Made by a program: the position numbers and the translations under genes. A DNA stretch of 59,646 nt from NCBI GenBank assembly GCA_964558645.1, contig CAZLEV010000016.1, positions 1-59,646 of the forward strand, read 5' to 3'. The notes below the pieces were generated by a model. That model saw only the letters and a program-made list of their open reading frames with translations, did no database searches and was not told where the DNA came from. Shown piece by piece: positions 59,535 through 59,646 of the stretch (positions are counted from its first letter, which is position 1; each line of letters begins with the position of its first letter). This stretch comes from an uncultured archaeon (GTDB lineage: Archaea; Asgardarchaeota; Thorarchaeia; Thorarchaeales; Thorarchaeaceae).

Positions 59535-59646
59535 TGCTTATTCGGTCTTGATTCTAGGGGAGTTAAAATATCCCCAGAAAGAAGAGAGTGCAGGGTGAAA
59601 AGACCGTGTGCGATAAGGGTAAATTGCTCTCTGATGAGATTGGCGG

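Noticed and set aside
1-59646. CRISPR array associated with the Cas12-like/TnpB gene
   Set aside because: No regularly spaced direct repeats were seen in the window. Sequence upstream of base 1 cannot be assessed.

Overview
An archaeal chromosomal window, most likely from an Asgard archaeon (Thorarchaeia-like). This assignment is inferred from gene content: an Rpb8-like RNA polymerase subunit, a tandem roadblock protein, a DENN-like protein, an MglA-like GTPase, GINS/MCM/RFC/Cdc6, PolD DP1 and KEOPS. Most of the window is core information-processing genes (replication, repair, tRNA modification, ribosomal proteins), plus an acetate/acyl-CoA module. There are five tRNA genes. Four carry bulge-helix-bulge (BHB) introns, three of those introns sit at non-canonical T-arm positions, and one gene has two introns. 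Main items for follow-up: (1) a translationally coupled tandem-roadblock / DENN-core-like / MglA-like GTPase operon (31607-34069), resembling a split ancestral form of eukaryotic longin/roadblock-DENN GTPase regulators; (2) an unassigned, densely base-paired minus-strand RNA candidate of about 540 nt next to tRNA-Ser; (3) an unusually long TnpB/Cas12-like nuclease cut by the window edge, with a candidate omega-RNA; (4) a 56-bp inverted repeat pair with an 11-2-11 palindromic core between two tRNAs; (5) a 358-bp antisense overlap that supplies the S/T-rich tail of a secreted protein. No CRISPR array or rRNA gene was seen. All calls come from reading motifs by eye; no database searches were run.
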